Shown here in pieces: positions 1 to 8,575 of a DNA stretch of 64,000 bases. The translations under genes were made by a program, and so were the position numbers. Each line of letters begins with the position of its first letter. The first letter of the stretch is position 1. Where the stretch lies: positions 32,001 to 96,000 of IMG/VR virus record IMGVR_UViG_3300043395_002432; one strand, given 5' to 3'. The stretch is from a virus. A model generated the notes under the pieces. The model did no database searches. It had not been told where the DNA came from and saw only the letters and a list, made by a program, of their open reading frames with translations.

Positions 1-410
1 GCGACCGTGAGGTAGCCCCCAATGGCGTTCACACTCCGCACCAACGTGCGCCGAATGCCCACGACGACGTCACCAGGGCTGATCGTGACGAGCTGATCCG
101 GCTCCGAGACGAACAGCTCGAGGTACGCCTCTCCGGTCTCTGACTCTTCCGCAGTGACGCTGTTGGTGCTTGTGACGACGAGCGAGATCGGGGTCTGGCT
201 CGACACCGAGAGCGCATGCCGCAAGGACGCCAGCTCGCTCGCACGCTCTCGAAGGTTCAGGGTGCTTTCCGCCATCGCTTCAATGAAGAGGCGAAACCAC
301 CCACCGTTCTCCGGGTCGCGCTCGCGGTAGACCATTGGAATGGTTCGCCAGATCGTATCCGTCCAGCTCGGCTGGCCTACCGTTCCAGAGGAGCCAAAGG
401 GACTCGCCAT
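1..410 (-). CDS. Baseplate/tail protein I (P2 gpI-like), 3' end beyond window
   Basis: Not in the ORF track. ATG at 410 opens a frame running off the window start: MASPFGSS...IWRTIPMVYRERDPENGGWFRLFIEAM. The W..[IL]P.VYR..D pattern is typical of gpI-like proteins, and it lies downstream of baseplate J. Confidence 0.55.
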   Translation of the reverse strand, partial: MASPFGSSGTVGQPSWTDTIWRTIPMVYRERDPENGGWFRLFIEAMAESTLNLRERASELASLRHALSVSSQTPISLVVTSTNSVTAEESETGEAYLELFVSEPDQLVTISPGDVVVGIRRTLVRSVNAIGGYLTV

Positions 411-414
411 GACC

Positions 415-1101
415 TCACCTCCAGTAAGAGACCACCAAGACCCAATCCGTCGTATCTACCCAGGGGTCATACTCGTCGAGCGTGATCGTGTCCCCGCTGA
501 TCTCGTAGCCCGAGGTCAGCTCCAATCCGTTCAGTGTCACCCTCGGAACGCAGTTCGCATGCGGGGTCTCGCTTAGCTCCCACTCCCATGTCTCGTTGTC
601 GAGCGTGAATGAATCCTGCTGATCTTGTCGATAAGTACCGGCACTTTCAAACGTGACCGTATCGCCATCCCGAACCACGACCCCGTTGCGAAAGTAGACC
701 GCATCCCCCGAACGATACGCCACCAAGACGTTCCCCGTCGTTGGTGCGACCTGCCGAACGACCGTAGGGGTCACGTCCCTTGCTCCAGAGGAGGAGCGAG
801 TCACGCTCATGACCCACATGGCCCCACTTGGCCGCAACGTCACCGGGGAATGATCCGTCGTGATTCGCTGCTGCGCCCCCGTCGACGGCGTCACCAAGAA
901 GAGGTCGTCCGTGAAGGTCAGCTCCCCCGTAGAGGCTGTAAACGAGATCGATCCCCCACCGTAAAGGAAGAGATTACGATCCTCCACAGAAGCATTGAGC
1001 CAAGCATCGATCTGCTCCACCATCGAGCGAAAAATCGGATGCCATTGCTGATCCGCTGACGACGGATACTGGATCGAGAGCCGGGGGCTGGATGCGGGCA
1101 T
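415..1101 (-). CDS. Putative virion structural protein (baseplate module)
   Basis: 228 aa, beta-rich, tightly packed between baseplate genes, GGAGG RBS upstream. Confidence 0.55.
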   Translation of the reverse strand: MPASSPRLSIQYPSSADQQWHPIFRSMVEQIDAWLNASVEDRNLFLYGGGSISFTASTGELTFTDDLFLVTPSTGAQQRITTDHSPVTLRPSGAMWVMSVTRSSSGARDVTPTVVRQVAPTTGNVLVAYRSGDAVYFRNGVVVRDGDTVTFESAGTYRQDQQDSFTLDNETWEWELSETPHANCVPRVTLNGLELTSGYEISGDTITLDEYDPWVDTTDWVLVVSYWR

Positions 1102-1110
1102 GAAGCCTCC

Positions 1111-3204
1111 TTAGAGGGACTGGATCAGGATCGTACCGGGGACGATCACCTGCTCTTGCGAAATGATCAGGTTTTGGTGTCCGTCGACGGAGACTTCCTC
1201 GCAAGCAATCGTGACATTGCACACGTCGACGCCAGGAACGGACTGAACCTCCTCGTAGACCTGCGAGATGTAAAGGTCGTCACCAAAGGCCCGCCGCTTG
1301 AGGAGTGTCCGAATGCGGGCATCGATCTGCCCTTGCACCTGAGAGAAGATGAAGCCGGTGAGCGCCCGGAACTCCACCGTAATGTCAGCCGAGACAAGGG
1401 CATCCGCCCCAGAGGAAACTCGCACGACATGGGCTACGTCACAACGCTCTTGAAGATACGTCTCGAGCGACCGGATCAGCCCGTTCGAAGGGGCGGTGTA
1501 GTCGTCGTTCTGATCGACGGACAAGATCGAAACCGAGATCACGTTGCTAAAGCCGTCCCCATCCAAGACCTCGTCCAGATGCGACCGAAGAAAGAAGAAT
1601 GCGTTCGTCACCGTCTCTCGAGCGGTTTCACCAAGAGAGGAGAGCGCGTCGGCACGCGTCTTCGAGGCTGCAGCCTCGGTGTCAATGGAGGTCATGGCCC
1701 CCTCAATGGAGGCGCGGTGCGTTCCCACCTCTGTGGTCGAGGTCTCCACCAAGGAGATCGTAGAGGTGACGCTCGAGAGCGTAGTCGTCATCTCCGAGAT
1801 CGCCGCGTCCAGGGTCTCGAGGGCGGATTCGAGATCGTCTTGCAAATCCTGTAGGTGCGTGGCGTCAGCCACGATGGAGACGTCGCTCGAAGCCTCCATT
1901 GCCGCAATGACCTGCGGGATCGTCATGTCGTAGCTTTCGCTCTCGGAGGCGGTGGCCCCGGTAAGGGTCGTCGAGACCGAGGACAAGCCCGTCACCCGCC
2001 CCTTCAGACGGTGGGTCTGCTCTCGGAGCGAGGCGATCCGAGCGGTGAGGTTGACTCCTGCCGTCTCCAGCCCGTCACACGCCGTGCCAATCGTGGTGCA
2101 ATGCCCGTCCACGTCGTCCATGCTGGCGGAGATCGTGTCCCCTGCTGAAGCGACCGCGTCGACGTAGTCTTGGTGGCCAGCCGAGGCGAGCGTGATGTAC
2201 GAATTCGCTCGAAGATCCCCACTGGTGCTGCGAGCTACGAAGGCTTTCGCTTGCGATACAGCCCCGTAATCCGCCGAGGAATACGCCGAGGCGACCGCCG
2301 TGTAGTCCTCCGTCGTAATGCAGATGTCGCGGGCTGCAGCATACGAAGGTGCCTTCGCCTTCGCCTCGTCGATCCCCTCGGGATCAGCGCCCCCCGTGCA
2401 ACGCTCGGTCTGAGAGATCGTGAAGTTGATCGCAGAAGCCCCATACGAGAACGGGGAGACGACCGCGTTGACTCCGTTGATGTTGCCCTGAAGCCCCGAG
2501 GTCACGACATAAGCGATCTTCACCTCCAGCCCGGAAGCTGGAATGGCAGCACTCTGCCCGTTGCCGAATCGCACCAAGGGAGGATTCTGGTGATACCAGA
2601 CCTCGAACTCGTTCCCCTCCTCGAAGGTGAGGTTGGTGACCTCCTCCCACTCTACGCCGTCGACCCAGACCCGCACCGAATCCTTTGCGACGTACTTGCC
2701 CACGGGGACGGGAAGCGCGAACTCCTGATCGGGAACGCCAGCCCCTGTCAAGGTGATCGAAGTCGAGTAGCCCTCTCGCACCGAAATCGAATTCGCTTCC
2801 GTAGAGGAGGCTGCGAAGCTGCTCTCCGCCAGCGTCTCCACGATGAAGCCACTCGCGTTCCTGAATTGAAAGCCAGCAGGGAGCGTGAAGGCGAAGTCAT
2901 ACGTCTGAGAGGGGGCGACCGAGATCGTACCGGCACCAGAAACCGCTGGGCGCATTCTGTAGCCAATCTGCCGACACAGGCGCTCCACGTTCGCCCGCTC
3001 CCTCGCCGTCGCAAGGTACGACTCGAGCGCCCGCCGGTCTATGTAGAAGCTCAAGGACTCGCCCACGAACGCGATCAAGTCCACCAGCATCATGCCCATG
3101 CTCGATGCCGCGAAGTCGTTGTAAGTATCCCCGTACTTCGTCTCAATTCGCTTGAGCAGTTCGTTGACGATGGTATCAAAGTCACGCGCAAGGTAGTGCT
3201 GCAT
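1111..3204 (-). CDS. Baseplate wedge protein (gpJ / T4 gp6-like) with long helical insertion
   Basis: N-terminal RDFDTI...DF..SS.GMMLVDLIAFVGESLSFYIDR...E.YL.TARER; VRFGNG; GGADPE; ITTEDY motifs; follows gp25-like gene. Confidence 0.9.
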   Translation of the reverse strand: MQHYLARDFDTIVNELLKRIETKYGDTYNDFAASSMGMMLVDLIAFVGESLSFYIDRRALESYLATARERANVERLCRQIGYRMRPAVSGAGTISVAPSQTYDFAFTLPAGFQFRNASGFIVETLAESSFAASSTEANSISVREGYSTSITLTGAGVPDQEFALPVPVGKYVAKDSVRVWVDGVEWEEVTNLTFEEGNEFEVWYHQNPPLVRFGNGQSAAIPASGLEVKIAYVVTSGLQGNINGVNAVVSPFSYGASAINFTISQTERCTGGADPEGIDEAKAKAPSYAAARDICITTEDYTAVASAYSSADYGAVSQAKAFVARSTSGDLRANSYITLASAGHQDYVDAVASAGDTISASMDDVDGHCTTIGTACDGLETAGVNLTARIASLREQTHRLKGRVTGLSSVSTTLTGATASESESYDMTIPQVIAAMEASSDVSIVADATHLQDLQDDLESALETLDAAISEMTTTLSSVTSTISLVETSTTEVGTHRASIEGAMTSIDTEAAASKTRADALSSLGETARETVTNAFFFLRSHLDEVLDGDGFSNVISVSILSVDQNDDYTAPSNGLIRSLETYLQERCDVAHVVRVSSGADALVSADITVEFRALTGFIFSQVQGQIDARIRTLLKRRAFGDDLYISQVYEEVQSVPGVDVCNVTIACEEVSVDGHQNLIISQEQVIVPGTILIQSL

Positions 3205-3211
3205 TTTCCCC

Positions 3212-3571
3212 TCACAGCATCGGTACGCGCATGGACAAGGTCTGTTGAACCCCCGTCCTCGCGTAGATCAGGGTGACGTTTGCTTCGTTCCCCACGAAGC
3301 GAACCTGAATGTCTCGAATCTGAATCCGACGCTCTTGCGCCCGCAAGCTCTGCCGAATCTCCTCTCGAATGAGGTTCGCCACCACCGGGGTGGCCCCCTC
3401 GAAGAGGAATCGCTTGAGCGCGCTCCCCACGGAGGGACGGTACACACGCTCTCCACGCTGCACCAAGAGGATCTGGTGGATCGACTGCCGAATCGCCTCC
3501 TCATCCGAAGGAGGTGCTGCCGGAAGCTGATCCCCAGATGCCCACGGAAAGGAAAGTGTCTGGATCGCCAT
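3212..3571 (-). CDS. GPW/gp25-family baseplate protein
   Basis: IRQSIHQILLVQRGERVYRPSVGS.L..FLFE...E.RI signature of gp25/GPW. Confidence 0.92.
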   Translation of the reverse strand: MAIQTLSFPWASGDQLPAAPPSDEEAIRQSIHQILLVQRGERVYRPSVGSALKRFLFEGATPVVANLIREEIRQSLRAQERRIQIRDIQVRFVGNEANVTLIYARTGVQQTLSMRVPML

Positions 3572-3595
3572 GTCCTCTGCTTACCGCTTCGCCCC

Positions 3596-3943
3596 TCAGT
3601 AGTCGAGCGGACAGAGCGGAAAGGAGGGCAGCGTTGGAAGCTGAAGCGAGGGCAAGTCCAGATCAATGTCGATGGAAAGCGTCGGAAGCGACGGAAGCGG
3701 GAAAGAGATCGAGAAGCGAAGATCCAAGTCTGGAAGGGTCGGCAGGTTGAGGGTCGGCAAATCCAGATCGATGTCAATGCTCAGGATCGGAAGAGTCGGG
3801 AGCGGAAGAGTCGGGAGACGAGGCAGGCGAACACTGAGTCGCGGAATCTCCGGCAACGTGAGCTTCGGCAAGTCGAGATCCAAGTCGAAGCTCAACGTCG
3901 GAAGCATTGGGAGCGGGGGGATCGGAAAGCGACACCGGCTCAG
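3596..3943 (-). CDS. Pro/Leu-rich internally repeated small protein
   Basis: Three LP[TI]LS[FI]D[LI]DLDLP repeats. Start uncertain: CTG at 3943 overlapping the upstream TGA, or ATG at 3907. Confidence 0.6.
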   Translation of the reverse strand: MSRCRFPIPPLPMLPTLSFDLDLDLPKLTLPEIPRLSVRLPRLPTLPLPTLPILSIDIDLDLPTLNLPTLPDLDLRFSISFPLPSLPTLSIDIDLDLPSLQLPTLPSFPLCPLDY

Positions 3944-4644
3944 GGGATCACCTTCTGGCTCTTCGAGAAGAGGATCGTGAGGGGCTTGGTGAGCTTCAGG
4001 TTCTTCTCCGCGAGGAGCTTCTGGAAGGTCTTGGGGCGATAGCCGGTCTGGTTGGCCAGTGAATCCAAGCTCTCGAGCCACGCGAGGCGCACCTTGAGGT
4101 ACTGCTCGAGCCATACCAGCTCACGCCCGCCGTCACTTGGTGGAGACTCGGGGAAGCGATTCCGCAGCTTCTGCCAATCGACCCCCTGGACGTAGCTGTC
4201 CAGCACCACGGCGAAGGAGAGCGGCTCCACAAGGCCGAGCTTGGTGGCGTAGTTGTACGCGGGAAGCGCGTAGAGCTGGTGAAAGATCGTGTCCTGCGCC
4301 GCTTGCATGACCGGGTCAGAGCCAGCCGCCTCGAGCAGGGCTTTCAGGGCGGTGTTCCCCGAACCCTGATCCTGCTTCAAGATCACGACGTAGCTCTTGA
4401 GCTTCGCCGCGAGGGAACCCCCTCGCGTGATGTACTCCTCCACGATCCGATCCAGGGTGTCGGGTTTATCCGCCGCCTGGAACCAGCCATAGCTCAGCCC
4501 CCCCTTGTCCTTGGGGTGATCCGCAATTCGAGAGAAGCCCCCGGTCGGAGAGCCAGTCTCGAAGCTGCGAATGATCTGAAGGGCAGCAGCGTACCCTGGC
4601 GTCCCAATTGCGTACTGCGAGGGCGCTTGAGATGTCTCAGCCAT
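3940..4644 (-). CDS. Lysozyme-fold glycoside hydrolase (GH46 chitosanase-like / VgrG3-C-like), probable peptidoglycan hydrolase
   Basis: FETG...D.GGLSYG.FQ catalytic region and QD..F...Y..PA...A..LGL....S.AVVLDS.VQG. Confidence 0.75.
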   Translation of the reverse strand: MAETSQAPSQYAIGTPGYAAALQIIRSFETGSPTGGFSRIADHPKDKGGLSYGWFQAADKPDTLDRIVEEYITRGGSLAAKLKSYVVILKQDQGSGNTALKALLEAAGSDPVMQAAQDTIFHQLYALPAYNYATKLGLVEPLSFAVVLDSYVQGVDWQKLRNRFPESPPSDGGRELVWLEQYLKVRLAWLESLDSLANQTGYRPKTFQKLLAEKNLKLTKPLTILFSKSQKVIP

Positions 4645-4677
4645 GTCGTTTCTCCGTCATGAGTCCCTTAGCCACGA

Positions 4678-4983
4678 TCAACGAGATTCGCCCATTGGGT
4701 AGAGCATGACGTCCACCCACGCCGAGAGATGGTGCCGATCCTCGTCGCTGTAGTCGACCGCGCTCACCAAGAAGATCACCACGTCGCTCGCATGCGCCTC
4801 GATCAGATCGCACAAGTAGTCCTCGGAAGGAATCACCCGCCCCACGGATTCCTCCCACCGCTGTAGCACCAAGTAGATCCCCGGACGCCTGATCCCAAGC
4901 AGCCGAAGGGCGACCTCACCCTCGCGCTGCTGCACCTCCCGAACCTCCTCCCCCCATTCGCCCTGAAAGACCCTCATGGCCAC
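4678..4983 (-). CDS. Hypothetical protein
   Basis: Fills the gap in a co-oriented gene string. Confidence 0.6.
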   Translation of the reverse strand: MAMRVFQGEWGEEVREVQQREGEVALRLLGIRRPGIYLVLQRWEESVGRVIPSEDYLCDLIEAHASDVVIFLVSAVDYSDEDRHHLSAWVDVMLYPMGESR

Positions 4984-4984
4984 C

Positions 4985-5494
4985 TCACTTGGTGCCGAGC
5001 TTGGAGAGACCTTCGTTCACCTCGGCGTCCAAGCGTAGCAGCGTACTGACCAAGTCGTCAAATTCACCAAAGGACTGAAGGGTCTCCAGCAAATTCGCAT
5101 GCCCCTCAGCTCCAGCAGCGGCAGCCATTCCCGTGTGCGAGCGATTCGACGGCTTGATCGTAGGATCAGCCATGATCCCCTTCAAGACCCGATTCCGAAT
5201 CCCCCCACCACGCGTCCGAGCCTCATTCGCGTCGAGGAGCGCCTCCTGCGAGATCGAATTCGCTTCGGCGGGCTGAAGGTACATCAGCCGCTCCGCACCA
5301 AGTATCTTCTCTACGCGCTCAGCCTGGATCTGCACCCGCGAGAGCATCCCCTGAAGGCTCGAAGCCAACGCCTCAAGCTGCCCCCGAGCGACCTCTCGCT
5401 CCATCGGGGAAGATTCGCGCCACAACCGCTGACGAGCGGCGTTCGCGTCCTCGGAATCCCCGTAGATCGATAGCAATGCAAGAAAGAGCCTCAT
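4985..5494 (-). CDS. Hypothetical protein
   Basis: ORF with GGAGG RBS before ATG 5494; helical. Confidence 0.6.
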   Translation of the reverse strand: MRLFLALLSIYGDSEDANAARQRLWRESSPMEREVARGQLEALASSLQGMLSRVQIQAERVEKILGAERLMYLQPAEANSISQEALLDANEARTRGGGIRNRVLKGIMADPTIKPSNRSHTGMAAAAGAEGHANLLETLQSFGEFDDLVSTLLRLDAEVNEGLSKLGTK

Positions 5495-5539
5495 TGATCC
5501 CTCCGCTCTAAGCGTATACACCAAGACCCGCCGAACGTG

Positions 5540-6145
5540 TCAAGAAGCAGCCTTGATCCCGAGGGCGTCCCGAGCCTCTCGCGCATGCTCGATCCGCTGA
5601 TTCGTCCCCTCGATCTCCAACGGCGTCACACAGTCACGCAGCGCCTCCAGCGTCGACTTCATCAGGAAGTCGGGAAGCCGCGCCTTCACCACGTTGGTGC
5701 TGATCAGGGTCACACGCCGGTGGAGCATCCGGTGCCGAAGCAGCTCGTCGAAGACTTGCTCGTTGAACCCCTTACCGTCCGCCCGCTCCTTCCCAAGATC
5801 GTCCAGCCCAAGCACCTGAACCGAACGCATGCGCTCGATCATGCTCTCCTGCGCGTCGAACATGGTGCGCTGAAAGATGAAGTCCTTGATCGCCGCACTC
5901 TCCACGAAGAGGGCAGTATGCCGGTGACGACGCGCCTCCTGCAAGGCAGCGCAGACGAACGTCGTCTTGCCGATTCCGTTGTTCCCGCAAAGGAGCAGCC
6001 CGCGCCCCGCCATGACGTGCGACTCGATCTCCCTGAGGTACGCCTGAAGGATCTCAGGAAAGCGCGTCGGATCGATCTCTTTGGGGTAGTATCGGGGCGG
6101 GATCTGCATCCGCTCCATGTCGGACAAGGTGAGGGGGCGTTTCAT
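5540..6145 (-). CDS. DnaC/IstB-like ATPase (helicase loader)
   Basis: Walker A GNNGIGKT, Walker B LGLDDLGKE, LLRHR...TLISTN. Confidence 0.88.
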   Translation of the reverse strand: MKRPLTLSDMERMQIPPRYYPKEIDPTRFPEILQAYLREIESHVMAGRGLLLCGNNGIGKTTFVCAALQEARRHRHTALFVESAAIKDFIFQRTMFDAQESMIERMRSVQVLGLDDLGKERADGKGFNEQVFDELLRHRMLHRRVTLISTNVVKARLPDFLMKSTLEALRDCVTPLEIEGTNQRIEHAREARDALGIKAAS

Positions 6146-6216
6146 GGAACCTCCAAGCACCAATATAGGCTCACCCCACAGATAGACAGCCCCCAGCGCA
6201 CCTCTTGACGGAGGCT

Positions 6217-6630
6217 TTACTGCACCACCGCCATGAGATCCAACACCGCCTCGGCCTGCGCGAGACTCGGCAACTTCGCACCAAAGTCCAGCTCAAGCCC
6301 CGTCGTGACGTAGACCGGCTGCATCCCAGGACGCTTGCACACCAAGAGGTACTTCTTCGACCCGGCAGCACGGCTCCAGCCGGTGGGATATCCCCGATTC
6401 GGATACGATCCGGGCGCGGGCGTCCCGTCCCAATCCTGATCCTTCAGGTAGGCCGAGATCGTCGGGTTGAACGCCCGAAGGAAGTCCCCCGGCTTCTCAA
6501 GCTCCTTCGCAGAGAAGAGGGTCATGGCCTCGTTCTGGGCGTAGAGGTTGAAGGCATCCTCTGCCCAGAACGGCACCTCCATCGGCTCGGACTCACTTCC
6601 CTCGTTGAGCGCGTCAATCAGTGTTCGCAT
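6217..6630 (-). CDS. Hypothetical protein with LxE-type N-terminal leader
   Basis: MRTLIDALNEG start; strong RBS. Confidence 0.65.
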   Translation of the reverse strand: MRTLIDALNEGSESEPMEVPFWAEDAFNLYAQNEAMTLFSAKELEKPGDFLRAFNPTISAYLKDQDWDGTPAPGSYPNRGYPTGWSRAAGSKKYLLVCKRPGMQPVYVTTGLELDFGAKLPSLAQAEAVLDLMAVVQ

Positions 6631-6671
6631 GGGGTCTCCCTCTCCTGGGGTAACCCCTACGAAGGCTTAGA

Positions 6672-7262
6672 TCAAAAATCATCCATGTTGAATTTGCCCG
6701 AATCGAACTCCCGCTCCTTCAGGTGCTTCTTTCCGGCGGGGACTTGGGCGTCCGCTTGCTGCGAGAGCATCTTGGTGAACCGCTCGGCAGGATTCGTCTT
6801 GTCGAGGAAGTCCTGAAGCAGCGTCGTCCGCTCCCGCACCAAGACCGGGAGCCTCGGCAGCCCCATTGGGAACTGCGCCCGAAGCTGGAGCGCGTAGACC
6901 TCGTACAGCTCAATGGCTCGAGCCATGACCGGGCCGCTGTTGTGGGCGCAAGTCAGAACGAAGCTCCGCAACACTCCCCAATCCAGAGGCTGCGCCACGA
7001 ACTTGCCTTCGGGGAGGAGGTGTCCGTACTTGCGTTCCACCCCGTCCTTGTAGGCTTGGTACGCCTCGATCCGCCACTGCTTGCGTAGCGCCTCAATGTC
7101 CGTCACCCGCTCCTTGGTGCGCTCCTTGGGCGGAGGGACACGATCCTCGAACAATGCCTGAGCCTTCCGCTCTGCTCGCTTCTCCTCCGTCCTCCGCTTA
7201 GACTCCTCCCCTCGCTCAATAGCACTCTCTACGCGAAACCGAAGCAGCTTCATGTCGCTCAC
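6672..7262 (-). CDS. Hypothetical protein
   Basis: 196 aa ORF with GGAGG RBS. Confidence 0.6.
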   Translation of the reverse strand: MSDMKLLRFRVESAIERGEESKRRTEEKRAERKAQALFEDRVPPPKERTKERVTDIEALRKQWRIEAYQAYKDGVERKYGHLLPEGKFVAQPLDWGVLRSFVLTCAHNSGPVMARAIELYEVYALQLRAQFPMGLPRLPVLVRERTTLLQDFLDKTNPAERFTKMLSQQADAQVPAGKKHLKEREFDSGKFNMDDF

Positions 7263-7292
7263 CCGTTCCTCCGCATTCGAATTCGTCTTAGC

Positions 7293-7838
7293 CTACCGGG
7301 CCGTCTTGAGCGTAGGACGACCGCCACTCGGCGTCGTCGAGATCAGCTTGGTCTGAATGAAGAGATCGAACTCCGCCCTAAGGTCGACCTCCGAGATCAG
7401 GATGTCTCCGCCCATGTACGCTGGGCAGATCCACGCCCCCACCTCGGCATTCCAGACCCACTCCTGCCCCTGGAGGAGCTTGCGCGCTGCCGTCATGAGG
7501 AGCGCCATTCGCTTCGCCTTCGCGTCCGTCCCCCGGTGGGCCTCTACGTCCCCCGTGAATTGCAGGACGAACATGGAATTGAGCCGCAACCGCTCGATCA
7601 GATCCGGGTAGATCTGCTCGCAGGTTCGCACCAAGGCGATGAAGATCGCCATGCCGCTGACTTGCGACACCACGCTCAGCGAAGGCTTGTACGCCTCCAC
7701 CACCAAGCCACAGCCCAGGTCGACCCGTGTGACCTGCTGCGCGTGGGCATTGATCGTGTCCGCCAACGAGACCAATCCCCCACCGAACGTATCCATGAAC
7801 GACATCAGAAGCCCTCGTCCACAAGGATACCCACCCAC
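7293..7838 (-). CDS. Hypothetical protein
   Basis: ORF in gene string; start may be near 7805. Confidence 0.55.
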   Translation of the reverse strand: MGGYPCGRGLLMSFMDTFGGGLVSLADTINAHAQQVTRVDLGCGLVVEAYKPSLSVVSQVSGMAIFIALVRTCEQIYPDLIERLRLNSMFVLQFTGDVEAHRGTDAKAKRMALLMTAARKLLQGQEWVWNAEVGAWICPAYMGGDILISEVDLRAEFDLFIQTKLISTTPSGGRPTLKTAR

Positions 7839-7894
7839 CCCGAATGGATCGCTAAGAACCTGCTAAGGCGGAGGCGACGACGAATTCGAATTCG

Positions 7895-8272
7895 TCAGAT
7901 CCCGAAGGGAGACTTCGTCGGCAACGCCCCTCGCGCCTCCTCCTCGGCTCGCTTCCGCTCCTCGCGCTTCCGCTCCTGCCGCACCTGACTGATCCGAATC
8001 GCCAGCTCGTTCTCCTTCCGCTTCAGCCCCCGCTCCTCCAAGAAGATCGTCGTGCGCGCCTTCTCCCGCATGCGGTAAAGCTCCTGCACCAAGTCTGACT
8101 TCGCTTGGTGCATCTTTCGCAGCTTGATCATCTCCTCCGTCGTCAGCTCGCGCCCTTTGCGAGCGTCAGACATCTCCTTGACGAACGCTCGCTGCTTGGC
8201 CGAGAGCTTGACCGCCAGCAAGTCACTGATCACGACGAGCATGCTCAGATCGTTATCGTCGAATGCGAACAT
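7895..8272 (-). CDS. Hypothetical coiled-coil protein
   Basis: Charged helical ORF directly after the 8275 stop. Confidence 0.6.
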   Translation of the reverse strand: MFAFDDNDLSMLVVISDLLAVKLSAKQRAFVKEMSDARKGRELTTEEMIKLRKMHQAKSDLVQELYRMREKARTTIFLEERGLKRKENELAIRISQVRQERKREERKRAEEEARGALPTKSPFGI

Positions 8273-8274
8273 GG

Positions 8275-8526
8275 CTACTCCAGAAAGGGGACGAAGGGGG
8301 CGGCATGCAAAGCCTCGATCCGCATGTCGTCTATCGACATTTCCGTCGTGACCGGACTCGCCAGATCCTGTATCTCCCAATCCCCCGAAGCCTCTACTGC
8401 CCTGGCTCCGTTCAGGAAGGCATCTGGATCGAGCATGCCGATCTGCTTCAGCACCGCTGGGACGTCAGCCGGATCGCATTCAAGCACATGCACGGCGACG
8501 AATTTCAGCCTCACCTCTGTGGGCAT
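8275..8526 (-). CDS. Hypothetical protein
   Basis: 83 aa; GAGGAGG RBS. Confidence 0.6.
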   Translation of the reverse strand: MPTEVRLKFVAVHVLECDPADVPAVLKQIGMLDPDAFLNGARAVEASGDWEIQDLASPVTTEMSIDDMRIEALHAAPFVPFLE

Positions 8527-8528
8527 AG

Positions 8529-8567
8529 AAAACCCTCCTCTTGGGAGAGTAACCCCAAGAGGAGGGT
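8529..8567 (-). terminator. Intrinsic terminator after thyX
   Basis: 14-bp stem ACCCTCCTCTTGGG/CCCAAGAGGAGGGT followed by TTTT on the minus strand. Confidence 0.65.
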
Positions 8568-8575
8568 GGCGTTGC

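Noticed and set aside
5540-6145. IS21 transposon (IstB)
   Set aside because: No IstA transposase or terminal repeats; a phage DnaC-like loader is the simpler call.
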